Counted from the first letter of the stretch, positions 26,693-36,222 are shown. The stretch is DNA of 64,000 bases from Actinomycetes bacterium (GCA_023402505.1 JAEYGD010000367.1:3870-67869), one strand, 5' to 3'. The notes: generated by a model not told the origin, from the letters alone. Numbers and translations are program-made.

Positions 26693-26794
26693 CGAACCGG
26701 AGACGGCAGTGGTCCCGAGATCCGGTCCGTTGCACTTGATCAGCGCCGCGTTCGAAGCGTGGATCAGTGCTGACCTCACACCCACCCAGGGGAG

Positions 26795-27604
26795 ATGCCC
26801 ATGACCGACGCACAACCCGTACCCGCACACGCCATGTTCAAGGTCCTCGCCGCGCTCGGCGAACTCGGAGAGGCCACCGCCGCAGCGGTAGCCGACAAGG
26901 CCGGGCTCGGCTACTCCACCGCCACGGCCAAGCTGCGCGCCTGGGAGCAGACCGGGCTGGCCGAACGCATCCGCACCGAGGACAACCGTGCCGTGTGGCG
27001 GCTGACCGACACCGGCCGCGCCACCGTCGGCGCCGACCGGGCCGCGCTCCCGACCCACACCGCTGACGACGTGCTGCCCGGCGAGCCGGCGCAGGCGACG
27101 GCGGACACCCCCGACGCCCCTGCGGTAACTGCCGACGCGGCGGAGCCACCCGAGCAGCCCGCGCCGGAGCCGGACAACCCGGCTGGCGGCGGACAACCTG
27201 TCGACTCGGCCGCTCCGCCGGACGCACCCGCACCGCCTGGCGGGGACGAGGAACGCACTCCATCGGCAGACGGGGACGCCCAGCAGGCCGAACCGGCGCC
27301 TGACCGCCGCGAGCCGGAAGCTGGCGCCGAGTCCGCAGGCTCAGGCACCTCGACCGCACGCAGCCGGCGGACGAAAGGCTCCCTGCGAGGGGCGGTGCTG
27401 GACATCCTCGAAGCGCATCCCGACCGGGCCTACAAGACCAGCGATCTGTGCAAGCTCATCGACGCCGCGAACGCCGGCACCGACGCCAAGAAGGCCAGCG
27501 CCGGCGCGGTCGTCAACGCCGCGGACAAGCTGGTCAACGACGGCAAGGCCGTGCGGACCGTCGACAAGCCCGCCACCTTCCAACTCGCCCCCGCCAACCC
27601 GTAG
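26795..27604 (+). CDS. double winged-helix (MarR-like) DNA-binding protein
   Basis: N-terminal VLAALGELGEATAAAVADKAGLGYSTATAKLRAWEQTGLAER and C-terminal AVLDILEAHPDRAYKTSDLCKLI, separated by a P/A/D/E-rich linker. The ATG at 26801 is an equally good start. Confidence 0.7.
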   Translation: MPMTDAQPVPAHAMFKVLAALGELGEATAAAVADKAGLGYSTATAKLRAWEQTGLAERIRTEDNRAVWRLTDTGRATVGADRAALPTHTADDVLPGEPAQATADTPDAPAVTADAAEPPEQPAPEPDNPAGGGQPVDSAAPPDAPAPPGGDEERTPSADGDAQQAEPAPDRREPEAGAESAGSGTSTARSRRTKGSLRGAVLDILEAHPDRAYKTSDLCKLIDAANAGTDAKKASAGAVVNAADKLVNDGKAVRTVDKPATFQLAPANP

Positions 27605-27705
27605 CCGGCGGGCATCCACACCAGCAAGGCAGCCCAGGGGCGGGCGTGAAGTTGACCGCTACCCGCCCGCCCCCGGTGCTCCTTCGTACACAAGGAGCGA
27701 TCTCA

Positions 27706-28341
27706 GTGTCTCAAACCCTGCAATCCGTAGTCACCGCCCTCGGCGGGATCCTCGCCGGCTTCGCCGTGGCCGCGGCAGCGTACTGGCGGCAGCAACGAGC
27801 CCTGTGGGCGGCCCGCCACGAGGCCAATCACGACGACGTCACCGGCCTGCCCAACCGTCGGCTGTTCCTCACCCGCCTGCGCGCCGCCCTCGCCGACAAC
27901 GCGCCGGTGGGGGTGGTGCTGCTGGACCTCAACCAGTTCAAGGACGTCAACGACACCTTCGGCCATGAGGTCGGCAACGACCTGCTCAACCAGGTCGGCC
28001 GACGCCTGGCCAGCCTTCCCACCCCGGTGCGGGTTGCGGCTCGGCTCTCCGGCGACGAGTTCGCGCTGCTCGTCATCGGCGGCCCCGACGACACCGCCGC
28101 CGCAGCCCACGCCGCCTGGCAGGTGATCGCCGACAACTCCATCCGCGTCGTCAACGGTGACCTCCACGTGGCGGCCTCGGTCGGCTACACCCATGTCCAC
28201 CACCCGAACGCCAGCCCACGGCAGTTGCTCACGCAGGCCGACAGCGCGATGTACGAGGCGAAACGCGCCGGCGGTGGCGTACGCGAGTACCTGCCTCACC
28301 GCACACCGACAGTGCGCAGCCGCGACCGCCACCACCGCTGA
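27706..28341 (+). CDS. membrane-anchored GGDEF-domain diguanylate cyclase (SGDEF variant)
   Basis: GTG start after an AAGGAG RBS and one N-terminal TM helix. DVTGLPNRRLF, LLDLNQFKDVNDTFGH, RLSGDEFALL, and ADSAMYEAKRAGG. Confidence 0.8.
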   Translation: MSQTLQSVVTALGGILAGFAVAAAAYWRQQRALWAARHEANHDDVTGLPNRRLFLTRLRAALADNAPVGVVLLDLNQFKDVNDTFGHEVGNDLLNQVGRRLASLPTPVRVAARLSGDEFALLVIGGPDDTAAAAHAAWQVIADNSIRVVNGDLHVAASVGYTHVHHPNASPRQLLTQADSAMYEAKRAGGGVREYLPHRTPTVRSRDRHHR

Positions 28342-28367
28342 CGCACCCGCGACACCTTCCGACCCGA

Positions 28368-28398
28368 GGACCCCGCAGCCGCCCTGGCTGCGGGGTCC
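28368..28398 (+). terminator. stem-loop terminator after the GGDEF gene
   Basis: 13-bp perfect stem GGACCCCGCAGCC / GGCTGCGGGGTCC with a 5-nt loop, followed by TTCGTCCTT. Confidence 0.65.
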
Positions 28399-28432
28399 TT
28401 CGTCCTTATCACCCCTGACCAGGGAGACCTCG

Positions 28433-29014
28433 GTGTTGTCCTTCAAAGCTGTCCACACTCTCACCGCTTGCCTCATCGCGGCCGACGCCGACGCAGACCA
28501 GATGGGATGGGGTCACCCCCCGACGCTGCTGCTTGTTCACGACTGGCTCCTGGCCCCCGTTTCCCCGCGGCGACGGCGCAAGATGCGCAGCCTGGAGTTT
28601 CCGCTGCATCCCCGCGACCTGCTCAAGGAACCGGCCGGGCTGCCGGCGCTGCTGCATCGCCTCGCCAGCAGCCTGGACGAGCCCACGACACCCACGCCGT
28701 ACCAGACCACGCTCGACACCATCATCAGCCGAATCCGCGCGACCACAGCGGACGCGCGGCTGGTGGCCTGGGCCGTTTGCTACGACGACATCCACACCGC
28801 CGATGGGCAGCCACGACAGGTCCGCCGGGTCGACGCCGTCGACATCGACGGGCGCGTCTACCAGCTCACCCGCCTGCGCGGCGAGGACCACCCGCTGCTG
28901 CTCGTCGACGACAGCCCCGACCCGGCCGACACCCCTGCCACCCATCCCGGTCTGGTCGCGCTACTGGCCGCCACCGCCCGCTACAGCCGCAGCGGCAGCG
29001 ACGGCTCGAGATAG
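28433..29014 (+). CDS. hypothetical protein (paralog of 35491-36072)
   Basis: GTG start after GGGAGA. Shares the pattern GW..P..L ... LHRLA ... VDAVDIDGRVYQLTRLRG with the 35491 product (AAVDIDLRLYRVLRARG). Confidence 0.6.
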   Translation: MLSFKAVHTLTACLIAADADADQMGWGHPPTLLLVHDWLLAPVSPRRRRKMRSLEFPLHPRDLLKEPAGLPALLHRLASSLDEPTTPTPYQTTLDTIISRIRATTADARLVAWAVCYDDIHTADGQPRQVRRVDAVDIDGRVYQLTRLRGEDHPLLLVDDSPDPADTPATHPGLVALLAATARYSRSGSDGSR

Positions 29015-29234
29015 GGCTGACGGTCCCGGCCCGCACGAGTCCGCATAAGCCGGCCGCCAGGACAGGCCTGGCCGACGACGTCCGTCCGCTGCCCCCGGGG
29101 CGGCCGGCAGCCGACAACCACCTCGATCTGCGGCGCGCCGCCCCTGCCATGGGGCGGGGGCCGCCGCGGCACCACCAGCCGTGACACCCACGCGCCTGCT
29201 CCCGCACCGCGTTCGAGTTAAGGAGTTCAGCCTC

Positions 29235-29747
29235 ATGGGCACCCCTTGCTACATCGGCGCCGTCAGCCCCGACACCCCGCACCTGGTGCACGCCCGGTAC
29301 GTGCTCTTCGACGGCCACCCCGCAGTCGTGCTGCCCACCCTGGCCGCGATCTGGTCCCGTCACGCCCACCACGACACCGCCGCGCTGACCACCGCGATCC
29401 TCGCCAACGACTGGGAGCACCTCGACCCGGACACCACCGCCACCACCCGTTCCGCGTTCGCCGGGCAGCAGGCGGTGCCGGGCGTCGGCATGACACTGGC
29501 CTCCACCACCAACGGCGTCGTCGACGCGCCGGAACCGGTCACCGTGTTCCCGCTGTGCCACGCCGGGCACCTCGACGTCGAATGGGTGTACCTGATCGAG
29601 GCGGACACCGCCACGATCGGCGTGCACAGCAGCGACGGCACCCGGCTCGGCACCTATCAGCTCGTCGCCTGCCTGAACCCCAGCACCAGCGACCAGGGTG
29701 CGCAGGGGCGGTGCGGGCCGCGATCGGCGGCGGGAGCACCGCGGTGA
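29235..29747 (+). CDS. hypothetical protein (paralog of 31712-32509)
   Basis: AAGGAG RBS. Shared motifs with the 31712 product include DW..L, VPGVG.T and WVYLI..DT.T..VH. Confidence 0.6.
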   Translation: MGTPCYIGAVSPDTPHLVHARYVLFDGHPAVVLPTLAAIWSRHAHHDTAALTTAILANDWEHLDPDTTATTRSAFAGQQAVPGVGMTLASTTNGVVDAPEPVTVFPLCHAGHLDVEWVYLIEADTATIGVHSSDGTRLGTYQLVACLNPSTSDQGAQGRCGPRSAAGAPR

Positions 29748-30850
29748 GCGCCCGCGCTCTCGCGGCGATCGCCGCCGGGGTGATCGCCGTGCTGGTGCTG
29801 TGCGCGGGCGGGCTCGGGGCCCTGTTCACCGGTGGCGGCACCGCGTCGGCCGGCTGCTACCAGGCGGTCGGCCCGGACGGGCAGCCGCTGCTGCCCACCC
29901 TCGCCGTGTCCCCACCGCCTGGCGGCGCCGGCGGGTGGAACAGCGAACAGACGGCCAACGCCGCCGTGATCGTCGCCGTCGGAGCAGAACGGAGGGTCCC
30001 GCCTCGGGGTTGGGTCATCGCCCTGGCCACCGCCATGCAGGAATCGACCCTGCGTAACCTGCCCGGCGGGGACCGCGACTCCGTCGGGCTGTTCCAGCAA
30101 CGCCCCTCGCAAGGCTGGGGCACACCCGCCCAACTCCGCGACCCCCGCTACGCCGCCGGGAAGTTCTACACGGCGCTCCTCGCGGTCGACGGGTGGCAGG
30201 CCATGGCGCTGACCGACGCCGCTCAGGCCGTGCAGCGCTCCGCCTTCCCCGGCGCCTACGCCAAGTGGGAGGACGACGCGATCGCCCTGGTCCGCGTCCT
30301 GACCGGCGGCACCCCCGCCGGGCCCGTCGGCGGCGACCTGGAGCAGGCGATGAGCAACCCGCTGTGCCTGTTCGACGGCGGCGACGGCCAGCCCGGCGCC
30401 GACCAGGTGCCGCTGCCGGCCGGATTCACCCTGCCACCCGGCGCCCCACCGCAAGTGGTCACCGCCATCGGATGGGCCCTGGCGCAGCGCGGCACCCCCT
30501 ACACCTTCGGCGGAGACTGCACCGCACCCCACTCCGGCATCCCCGCCCGCCAGTGCGACTGCTCCTCGCTGATGCAGCAGGCGTACCGGGCCGCCGACAT
30601 CGCGATTCCCCGCACCACCAGCGAGCAGATCCACGCAGGTACCGCGGTGACCAATTTCCGCGACTTGCGGCCGGGGGACCTGCTGTTCATCCCCGGCAGC
30701 CGCGGCAGCACCAGCCGCCCCGGCCACGTCGGCATGTACCTCGGCCAAGGACTGATCGTGCAGGCCCCGCACAGCGGCGACGTCGTCAAGATCAGCCGCC
30801 TGGGCACGTGGCTGCCGGACCTGGCAGCCGTACGCCGAATTACCCATTAA
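29744..30850 (+). CDS. secreted cell-wall hydrolase: transglycosylase-like N-domain + NlpC/P60 endopeptidase
   Basis: N-terminal TM/signal sequence. AMQESTLRNL ... GLFQQRPSQGWG in the N-domain. C-terminal NlpC/P60 motifs YTFGG ... CDCSSLMQQAY ... HVGMYLG. Confidence 0.8.
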   Translation: MSARALAAIAAGVIAVLVLCAGGLGALFTGGGTASAGCYQAVGPDGQPLLPTLAVSPPPGGAGGWNSEQTANAAVIVAVGAERRVPPRGWVIALATAMQESTLRNLPGGDRDSVGLFQQRPSQGWGTPAQLRDPRYAAGKFYTALLAVDGWQAMALTDAAQAVQRSAFPGAYAKWEDDAIALVRVLTGGTPAGPVGGDLEQAMSNPLCLFDGGDGQPGADQVPLPAGFTLPPGAPPQVVTAIGWALAQRGTPYTFGGDCTAPHSGIPARQCDCSSLMQQAYRAADIAIPRTTSEQIHAGTAVTNFRDLRPGDLLFIPGSRGSTSRPGHVGMYLGQGLIVQAPHSGDVVKISRLGTWLPDLAAVRRITH

Positions 30851-30876
30851 TAACCGCCTTGTGAGGAAAGAAAAGT

Positions 30877-31380
30877 ATGACCATCCGTTCTCAAGACGAC
30901 ATCGCTGCCCGGGTGCGGGCGGTCCGCGCCAGCGGTGGGGACCTGTTCGGATTCCGCGAGGAGGTGCTGGTGGAAGCGCTCGACTTCGACCACGCCCGGC
31001 AGTTCCTCAGCCCCGAGACGACCGCTCAGCAGTGGGACCAGCAGCGGTGGAGCCAGCACAGCGACACCGAGTCGTATGCCCGCTGGTACCTGCGGTTCGC
31101 GATCGGCAAGATCCTCGACCATCGCAGCGGCTCGGCGAGCCGCTCAGTCGACAAACTCGCCGAGTTGGCCTGGCTGCTCGGCCGCGACGACGTCGCAGCC
31201 GCCATGGACACCGCCGACTACCCGATGTACGGGGCGCCGAAGCTCGCCGTGTTCGCCGACGGCTTCGGCTGGCCGATCAGCGAACTTGTCGACGACCCCG
31301 GCGATCGGCAGGCCATCGCCCGGATGGCCGACGGCCAACCCTGCAGCCCAGACGGCTGCATGCAGGGCTGCCACGACTAA
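30877..31380 (+). CDS. hypothetical protein
   Basis: RBS GAGGAAAG upstream of the ATG. 167 aa with non-repetitive composition. Confidence 0.6.
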   Translation: MTIRSQDDIAARVRAVRASGGDLFGFREEVLVEALDFDHARQFLSPETTAQQWDQQRWSQHSDTESYARWYLRFAIGKILDHRSGSASRSVDKLAELAWLLGRDDVAAAMDTADYPMYGAPKLAVFADGFGWPISELVDDPGDRQAIARMADGQPCSPDGCMQGCHD

Positions 31381-31711
31381 ACACAACGACCAACCCCTCC
31401 GGCCGTCACCGCCAGCGAATCCGCTACCCCGAACGCCCGGAGCCCGTCCCCAGCTCCGCCAGACGGCGAACTCCGACGGTTCCAGCGGGTCCAACACCGG
31501 CACGAGTGTGAGTCGGCGACGCCCCGAATCGGTGAACCGTGCGCTGCCGGCGCCACCGGCGTGAAGCCGACGCCGCCGTCTACCGACCGTCGCGCTTCTC
31601 CGCCCAGCTATCGCACCCACCACGCCGCCGACGGATCGGCGGCGGGATCACGCAAGTCCACTGCGCCGTCCGCGCGAGCGGGCGGCACCGCACTGTTGAT
31701 GGAGGTTCCTC

Positions 31712-32509
31712 GTGAATTGCTTGACCCTGATCGGCGTCACCGCCTCCAGCGGCGCCTACGCCGGCCGGCTGCTGCACGACGGTGGCAGCCCGGATGAGGT
31801 GTTGCCGCTGCTGCGGCGCATCTGGCAGCACACCTTCACCCGACACACCCTGGCCCTGGCCGACGCGTTGCTGCGCCACGACTGGACCAGGCTTTACCTC
31901 GCCGCGCCTCGTACCGGTTGGGCCGACCGCGAACGGCCGGTGCCCGGCGTCGGCTTCACCACCGCTCTGCAGGACGGCATCCGCCGCGGCCAGATCAGCG
32001 CCCCCGTCGAGGGCTACCTCGAGTGGATGTACCTGGTCGATGTCGCCACCGACACCGTCGTCGTGCACGAGGCAACCCGCCACGGCCGGTGGCTGCCGCA
32101 CAGCCACCACCCGCTCGACCCCGACGCCGGCGCGACGGTGCTCGGCTGCGGCGGCTACACCACCCACGGGCACCGCTGGGACCCCGTCCACCTGTGGCTG
32201 CCGGACGCCCGCGCCGGCCTGGACGCGCAGATCTGCCTCGCCAAACACCCACATGCCGCGACCGTCCTGCGGTTCGGCGACACCACCGCCCACGCCGTCT
32301 GCGCCGCCACCGCCCCCACCCCCGAGCAGGCGGGGCAACGCGAGCCGCGGCTGCGCCAGGTGGGCACCGAGTTCGACCTTGTCTGGCCGCACGGGCGGGG
32401 CCCGCATCGGCTGCGCCGCGACACCGACGGCCTGCTGCTGCTCGACGTCGACGTGCCCGACTGGTCGTGGTGGCTGCTACCCATTCGCAGTGAAGGAGCG
32501 AGCCGGTGA
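31712..32509 (+). CDS. hypothetical protein (paralog of 29235-29747)
   Basis: GTG start after GGAGG. See the paralogy evidence given for 29235. Confidence 0.6.
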   Translation: MNCLTLIGVTASSGAYAGRLLHDGGSPDEVLPLLRRIWQHTFTRHTLALADALLRHDWTRLYLAAPRTGWADRERPVPGVGFTTALQDGIRRGQISAPVEGYLEWMYLVDVATDTVVVHEATRHGRWLPHSHHPLDPDAGATVLGCGGYTTHGHRWDPVHLWLPDARAGLDAQICLAKHPHAATVLRFGDTTAHAVCAATAPTPEQAGQREPRLRQVGTEFDLVWPHGRGPHRLRRDTDGLLLLDVDVPDWSWWLLPIRSEGASR

Positions 32510-33612
32510 CCTACCAGCCCGGCGACCGCGTCGCCCTCGACCACACCACCGACCCGCACACCCGGCTCCGCCCCGGCGACGAGGGCACCGTGCGCCGCTA
32601 CGACCCGCGCACGCAGGTGCTCGACGTCGAGTGGGACAGCGGATCGCGCCTGTCGCTGCTGCTCGGCGAGGGTGACCGCGCCCGCCGCATCCCCGCCCCG
32701 CGCACCGGCGAGAACTGGCAACAGGTCCTTGACGCGCTGCGAGCGGCCGGCGAGGCGGCGGGACGGGACGCCGCCGCCTGGTGGGCGCAGCACGTCCTCG
32801 GCGGCCGGGCACGCGGCGACGTCACCGCGGTGGCGCGGAAGGTGCTGGCCGGCGTCGACGAGGTCGACCCGGCGGTTCTCGACGGGCTGCCCACCGCCGA
32901 CCGGTACCTCCTGGCCGACGACGCCGACCGGTACGCCGAGCACACGCCTGCCGGCTCCCCGGCATGGGAGCAGCTCACCGCACGGCAGTGCGACCAGGCG
33001 CGGTGGGCGTGGTGCGACGGCTACGACGACGCCGCGCAAGCCGAGGCGGCCCGCCAGTGCCGCATGATCCTGCACCCCGACGGCGACGACCGGGACCTAA
33101 GCCACGTGTACCCCGACCAGGTGCGCCTCGGCCGGCCGGGCGTGTTCGCCGGCGACTGGGCGTGGACGTCGAACCCGGACGGGCAGCTGCGCATCCCGGT
33201 CGGGTTCGTCGGGACGCTGGTCGACACGTGGAACGGGTGGGCGGTGTTCACCTGCACCCGGGAGGTCGCCGAGGCGATCGTCGCCGACCAGCAGGCCGCC
33301 CGCGACCGCTACCGGCGGCACCTCGCCGCCGACGGCATCACCGGCGAGCGCCTGGAGCAGATGGTCGACGAATCCATGGCCCGGCTGCGGTTCGACGGTG
33401 ACGTCATCGTCGCCGACGAGACCCGGGTGCACGACGACCCGGACGCCATCGACCGCATCGCCCCCGACGCCGACGGCCGCTACACCGTGATGGGCCGCGC
33501 CTGGACCTGGATCGCGGTGCACCCCTACGACTGCGACCGCATCGCCGGCGCCATCCCCAGCGCGCCACCTCCGCCCAACACCTCAGCCAATCCGACTGAA
33601 AGCGAGGTCTGA
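32506..33612 (+). CDS. hypothetical protein with DUF4314-like N-terminal domain
   Basis: PGDRVALDHTTDPHTRLRPGDEGTVRRYDP...LDVEWDSGSRLSLL resembles the small SH3-like DUF4314 module. GTGA overlap start. Confidence 0.6.
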   Translation: MTYQPGDRVALDHTTDPHTRLRPGDEGTVRRYDPRTQVLDVEWDSGSRLSLLLGEGDRARRIPAPRTGENWQQVLDALRAAGEAAGRDAAAWWAQHVLGGRARGDVTAVARKVLAGVDEVDPAVLDGLPTADRYLLADDADRYAEHTPAGSPAWEQLTARQCDQARWAWCDGYDDAAQAEAARQCRMILHPDGDDRDLSHVYPDQVRLGRPGVFAGDWAWTSNPDGQLRIPVGFVGTLVDTWNGWAVFTCTREVAEAIVADQQAARDRYRRHLAADGITGERLEQMVDESMARLRFDGDVIVADETRVHDDPDAIDRIAPDADGRYTVMGRAWTWIAVHPYDCDRIAGAIPSAPPPPNTSANPTESEV

Positions 33613-33920
33613 TGCCTGACGACGCCGACCACGAAGACGCACGACCGCGGAACCCCGGGAAGATCATCACCGCCGCGCCCACGCTGGCCGACGAGATGGG
33701 CTCGCACCTGTACGTCGTCATCGACGGTTTCGATGACCCCCGGTACACCATCGCCCGGCTCGGCGGCGACGGACACCAGCCGGACCCGGCGAGACCGGCA
33801 CCACGGCGCACGCCCGCCCCGCCGGGCCGGCCGCTGCGAGGGCACCACGCAGGCCAGCGGGTGCGCCCCCGGTTCAACCCGGCCGACTGGTCGGTGGCGG
33901 TGGTCGATGCCCACTCCTGA
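33612..33920 (+). CDS. hypothetical small protein
   Basis: The ATG overlaps the previous stop. 102 aa. The second half is P/R-rich, so this call is uncertain. Confidence 0.4.
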   Translation: MPDDADHEDARPRNPGKIITAAPTLADEMGSHLYVVIDGFDDPRYTIARLGGDGHQPDPARPAPRRTPAPPGRPLRGHHAGQRVRPRFNPADWSVAVVDAHS

Positions 33921-34299
33921 CTACCAGCCCCCGCGCGGCAGCACCGCCGTGTTCTCCGGGCCCTGGCTGCGCTACGAGCCGGCCCCCGGCGTCCACCGAT
34001 ACCACCAGGGCTACGTCGCCACGGTCGCCGGCTGGTGGAACGGCGCCTACGAACTCACTCTCGACGCCGAAGCCGTGACCGCTCTGGCCGACACTCTCGA
34101 CGCGATGGCCGACTACGTCGGCGGTGACTGGCGCAGCGTCGACTTCGACGGACACACCCTCACCGTCGCCCGTCCCCTGTCCCTCGGCGGCGGCGTCCAC
34201 CGCGTCAGGCCCGTCGAGGGCCGATACCGGATCGGTTGGGGCCTGCCGTGGCTGCCGGTCGACCTCCGACGCTGCGACCGCGTCTTCGGCAAGCCCTAG
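33907..34299 (+). CDS. hypothetical protein
   Basis: ATG at 33907 overlaps the previous ORF. Composition is protein-like (MPTPDYQPPRGSTAVFSGPWLRYEP...). Confidence 0.5.
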   Translation: MPTPDYQPPRGSTAVFSGPWLRYEPAPGVHRYHQGYVATVAGWWNGAYELTLDAEAVTALADTLDAMADYVGGDWRSVDFDGHTLTVARPLSLGGGVHRVRPVEGRYRIGWGLPWLPVDLRRCDRVFGKP

Positions 34300-34413
34300 C
34301 CACGGACGCTACGGCGAGGTACGACCCGCCACCCGGCGGGCGATCCGTTGACATCCCCGAGCCCTCGGCCATCCCCGGCCCGAGGGCTTCTCTCATGTGG
34401 GAAGGAGTAGTAC

Positions 34414-35445
34414 GTGCGACAGCTCTGGTTCGACCTGCGGGCATCGCTCGGCCAGGCCGACGAGACGATGGCCGGCCACCGTGCGGGCACGGCGGAGCCC
34501 TGGCTTGTCGTCGATGTCGTCGACCCGCGGCTGTGGTTCACGCCGGTCAACGCGCCGCGTCCTCGGTCCGTCATGATCGCGGCAGTCCACCGCGACGGAC
34601 CACCGGCCCCGCAGGGGCCGCAGCCGCTGTACCGGCAACCGTTGACCGCGCCCGGCTCGGACGGCACATCCCTGCTGGACCGGCTGCGCGCCGCCGCCCG
34701 GCAGGGACACCGGTGGCTCGTGATCGACACGTCCGCCCCGCCACGCGTGCGCACCGCCGCCACCTACGACGCCGACACCGTCCCGGACACCGCCGTCTGG
34801 ACCCCCGCCTGGCTCGCCACCGGTGACCTGGGCCCCTACCCCGGGCAGATAGCCCACGGCTACCAGCGCCACGGCTTCGCGGTTGCCCGCTTCACGGCGC
34901 AGACCCTCGCGCGGATCGCCGCGGATGCGCACGCCCGCGCCGCGTCCTTCCCGCAGCGCCCGGCCGACCTGCTGGTGCTGCGCGACTACGGCAAAGGCAT
35001 GGAGGTGCTAATGGTCCGCGCGGCCGGCATGTCCACGGGCCGCCTGACCCGGCGGGGCGAGGCGACGCCGGTCAGGATGCGACGAATCACCGGCGACGCC
35101 GACGGCTGGTACCGCCTCGCCGACGACCGCTGGCCATGGCGCCACGCCGACCCGCCGACCACCGCGCTGCGACGCCAGCGGGGCGCGGGCGACGCTGCTG
35201 GGCCGGAGGTGTTCGAGCCGCACGGGCCGGACGACGTCAGGTGCACGGTGTGCGGGGCGACGGGCTACGACATCGCCCACGACGAAGCGCCGTCCATGGC
35301 CGGCTACGGCACGGACACCACCACCTGGTGCCGGATCTGCCGCTCCGCCGACAGCTACGCCGAGGAGATCGGCTGGACCAGCCGCCGGGCCCTCTGGCCA
35401 CCGGCCGCCGATCCCACACCGGCGGCCGGAGCGCAACGTCCCTGA
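34414..35445 (+). CDS. hypothetical protein with C-terminal zinc-ribbon
   Basis: RBS GGAAGGAG before the GTG start. C-terminal CTVCG ... WCRICRS. Confidence 0.6.
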   Translation: MRQLWFDLRASLGQADETMAGHRAGTAEPWLVVDVVDPRLWFTPVNAPRPRSVMIAAVHRDGPPAPQGPQPLYRQPLTAPGSDGTSLLDRLRAAARQGHRWLVIDTSAPPRVRTAATYDADTVPDTAVWTPAWLATGDLGPYPGQIAHGYQRHGFAVARFTAQTLARIAADAHARAASFPQRPADLLVLRDYGKGMEVLMVRAAGMSTGRLTRRGEATPVRMRRITGDADGWYRLADDRWPWRHADPPTTALRRQRGAGDAAGPEVFEPHGPDDVRCTVCGATGYDIAHDEAPSMAGYGTDTTTWCRICRSADSYAEEIGWTSRRALWPPAADPTPAAGAQRP

Positions 35446-35490
35446 CGCAGCGCGCCCCCCCACATCCCTTCATCTCTTCAGGAGGCTCAC

Positions 35491-36072
35491 ATGCTGCAGC
35501 CACGTACGCAGGACATGCTCACCCGCACGCTCACCGAGGTCGAAGCGCTGCACGAGCGGCACGGGTGGGACCTGTCCCCGGAGCTGATCGGCCTGTTCGA
35601 CAGGCCGACGGCGGTGCACCCGCACCGCGTCTACGTCGATGCCGACCTGTTCCACCCCAGCGTCTGGCATAACCCGAACCTCGCCGACGGGGACCAGAGC
35701 AATGCACCAGCGGTGATCCTGCACCGCCTGGCCGAGCACGCCGCAAGCCCGCCGATGCGCCAGGTCCTGCAAGGGTGGCTGCACAACGACGGGCGGCGCT
35801 GCATCGGCTTCGCCATGGTCTTCGAAGCGTGGGCCGGCCCGGTGGGGCCGGGCTACCGGCACGGCGACCTCGCCCAAGCCCCCGCGTCCGCCCGCGTCGC
35901 GACGCGCCTCGTCGCCGCCGTCGACATCGACCTTCGGCTCTACCGGGTCCTGCGGGCGCGCGGTGCACAAGCACCCAACGTCGACACCTGGGCGGCGCCG
36001 CCACCCCGGATCCGCACCACCCGCATCGCCACCGGGCTGACCCGGCTGGTGCACCTGGCCCGCGACCTGTGA
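35491..36072 (+). CDS. hypothetical protein (paralog of 28433-29014)
   Basis: RBS AGGAGG before the ATG. See the paralogy evidence given for 28433. Confidence 0.6.
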   Translation: MLQPRTQDMLTRTLTEVEALHERHGWDLSPELIGLFDRPTAVHPHRVYVDADLFHPSVWHNPNLADGDQSNAPAVILHRLAEHAASPPMRQVLQGWLHNDGRRCIGFAMVFEAWAGPVGPGYRHGDLAQAPASARVATRLVAAVDIDLRLYRVLRARGAQAPNVDTWAAPPPRIRTTRIATGLTRLVHLARDL

Positions 36073-36222
36073 CACGCAGGTGGGCTGAGGCCCTGACCGT
36101 CTCCCGACGACACGACCGGGAGCTCATCCTCCGCCGCAGATAGGCCCCCGGTCCCGGATCGACGAGATCGAACCCGACCGGGTGGGTTCCTCGTCGTCGC
36201 CCACCGTCGGCGGCGGCACCTC

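Noticed and set aside
26597-26712. GAGACGGCAG occurs both just inside (26610-26619) and just outside (26699-26708) the Tn7-like end. This raised the idea of a longer target duplication or a TniQ recognition repeat.
   Set aside because: It is only a 10-mer in GC-rich DNA, and the two positions are not symmetric relative to the CGAAC duplication. I cannot distinguish this from chance without comparing other insertion sites.
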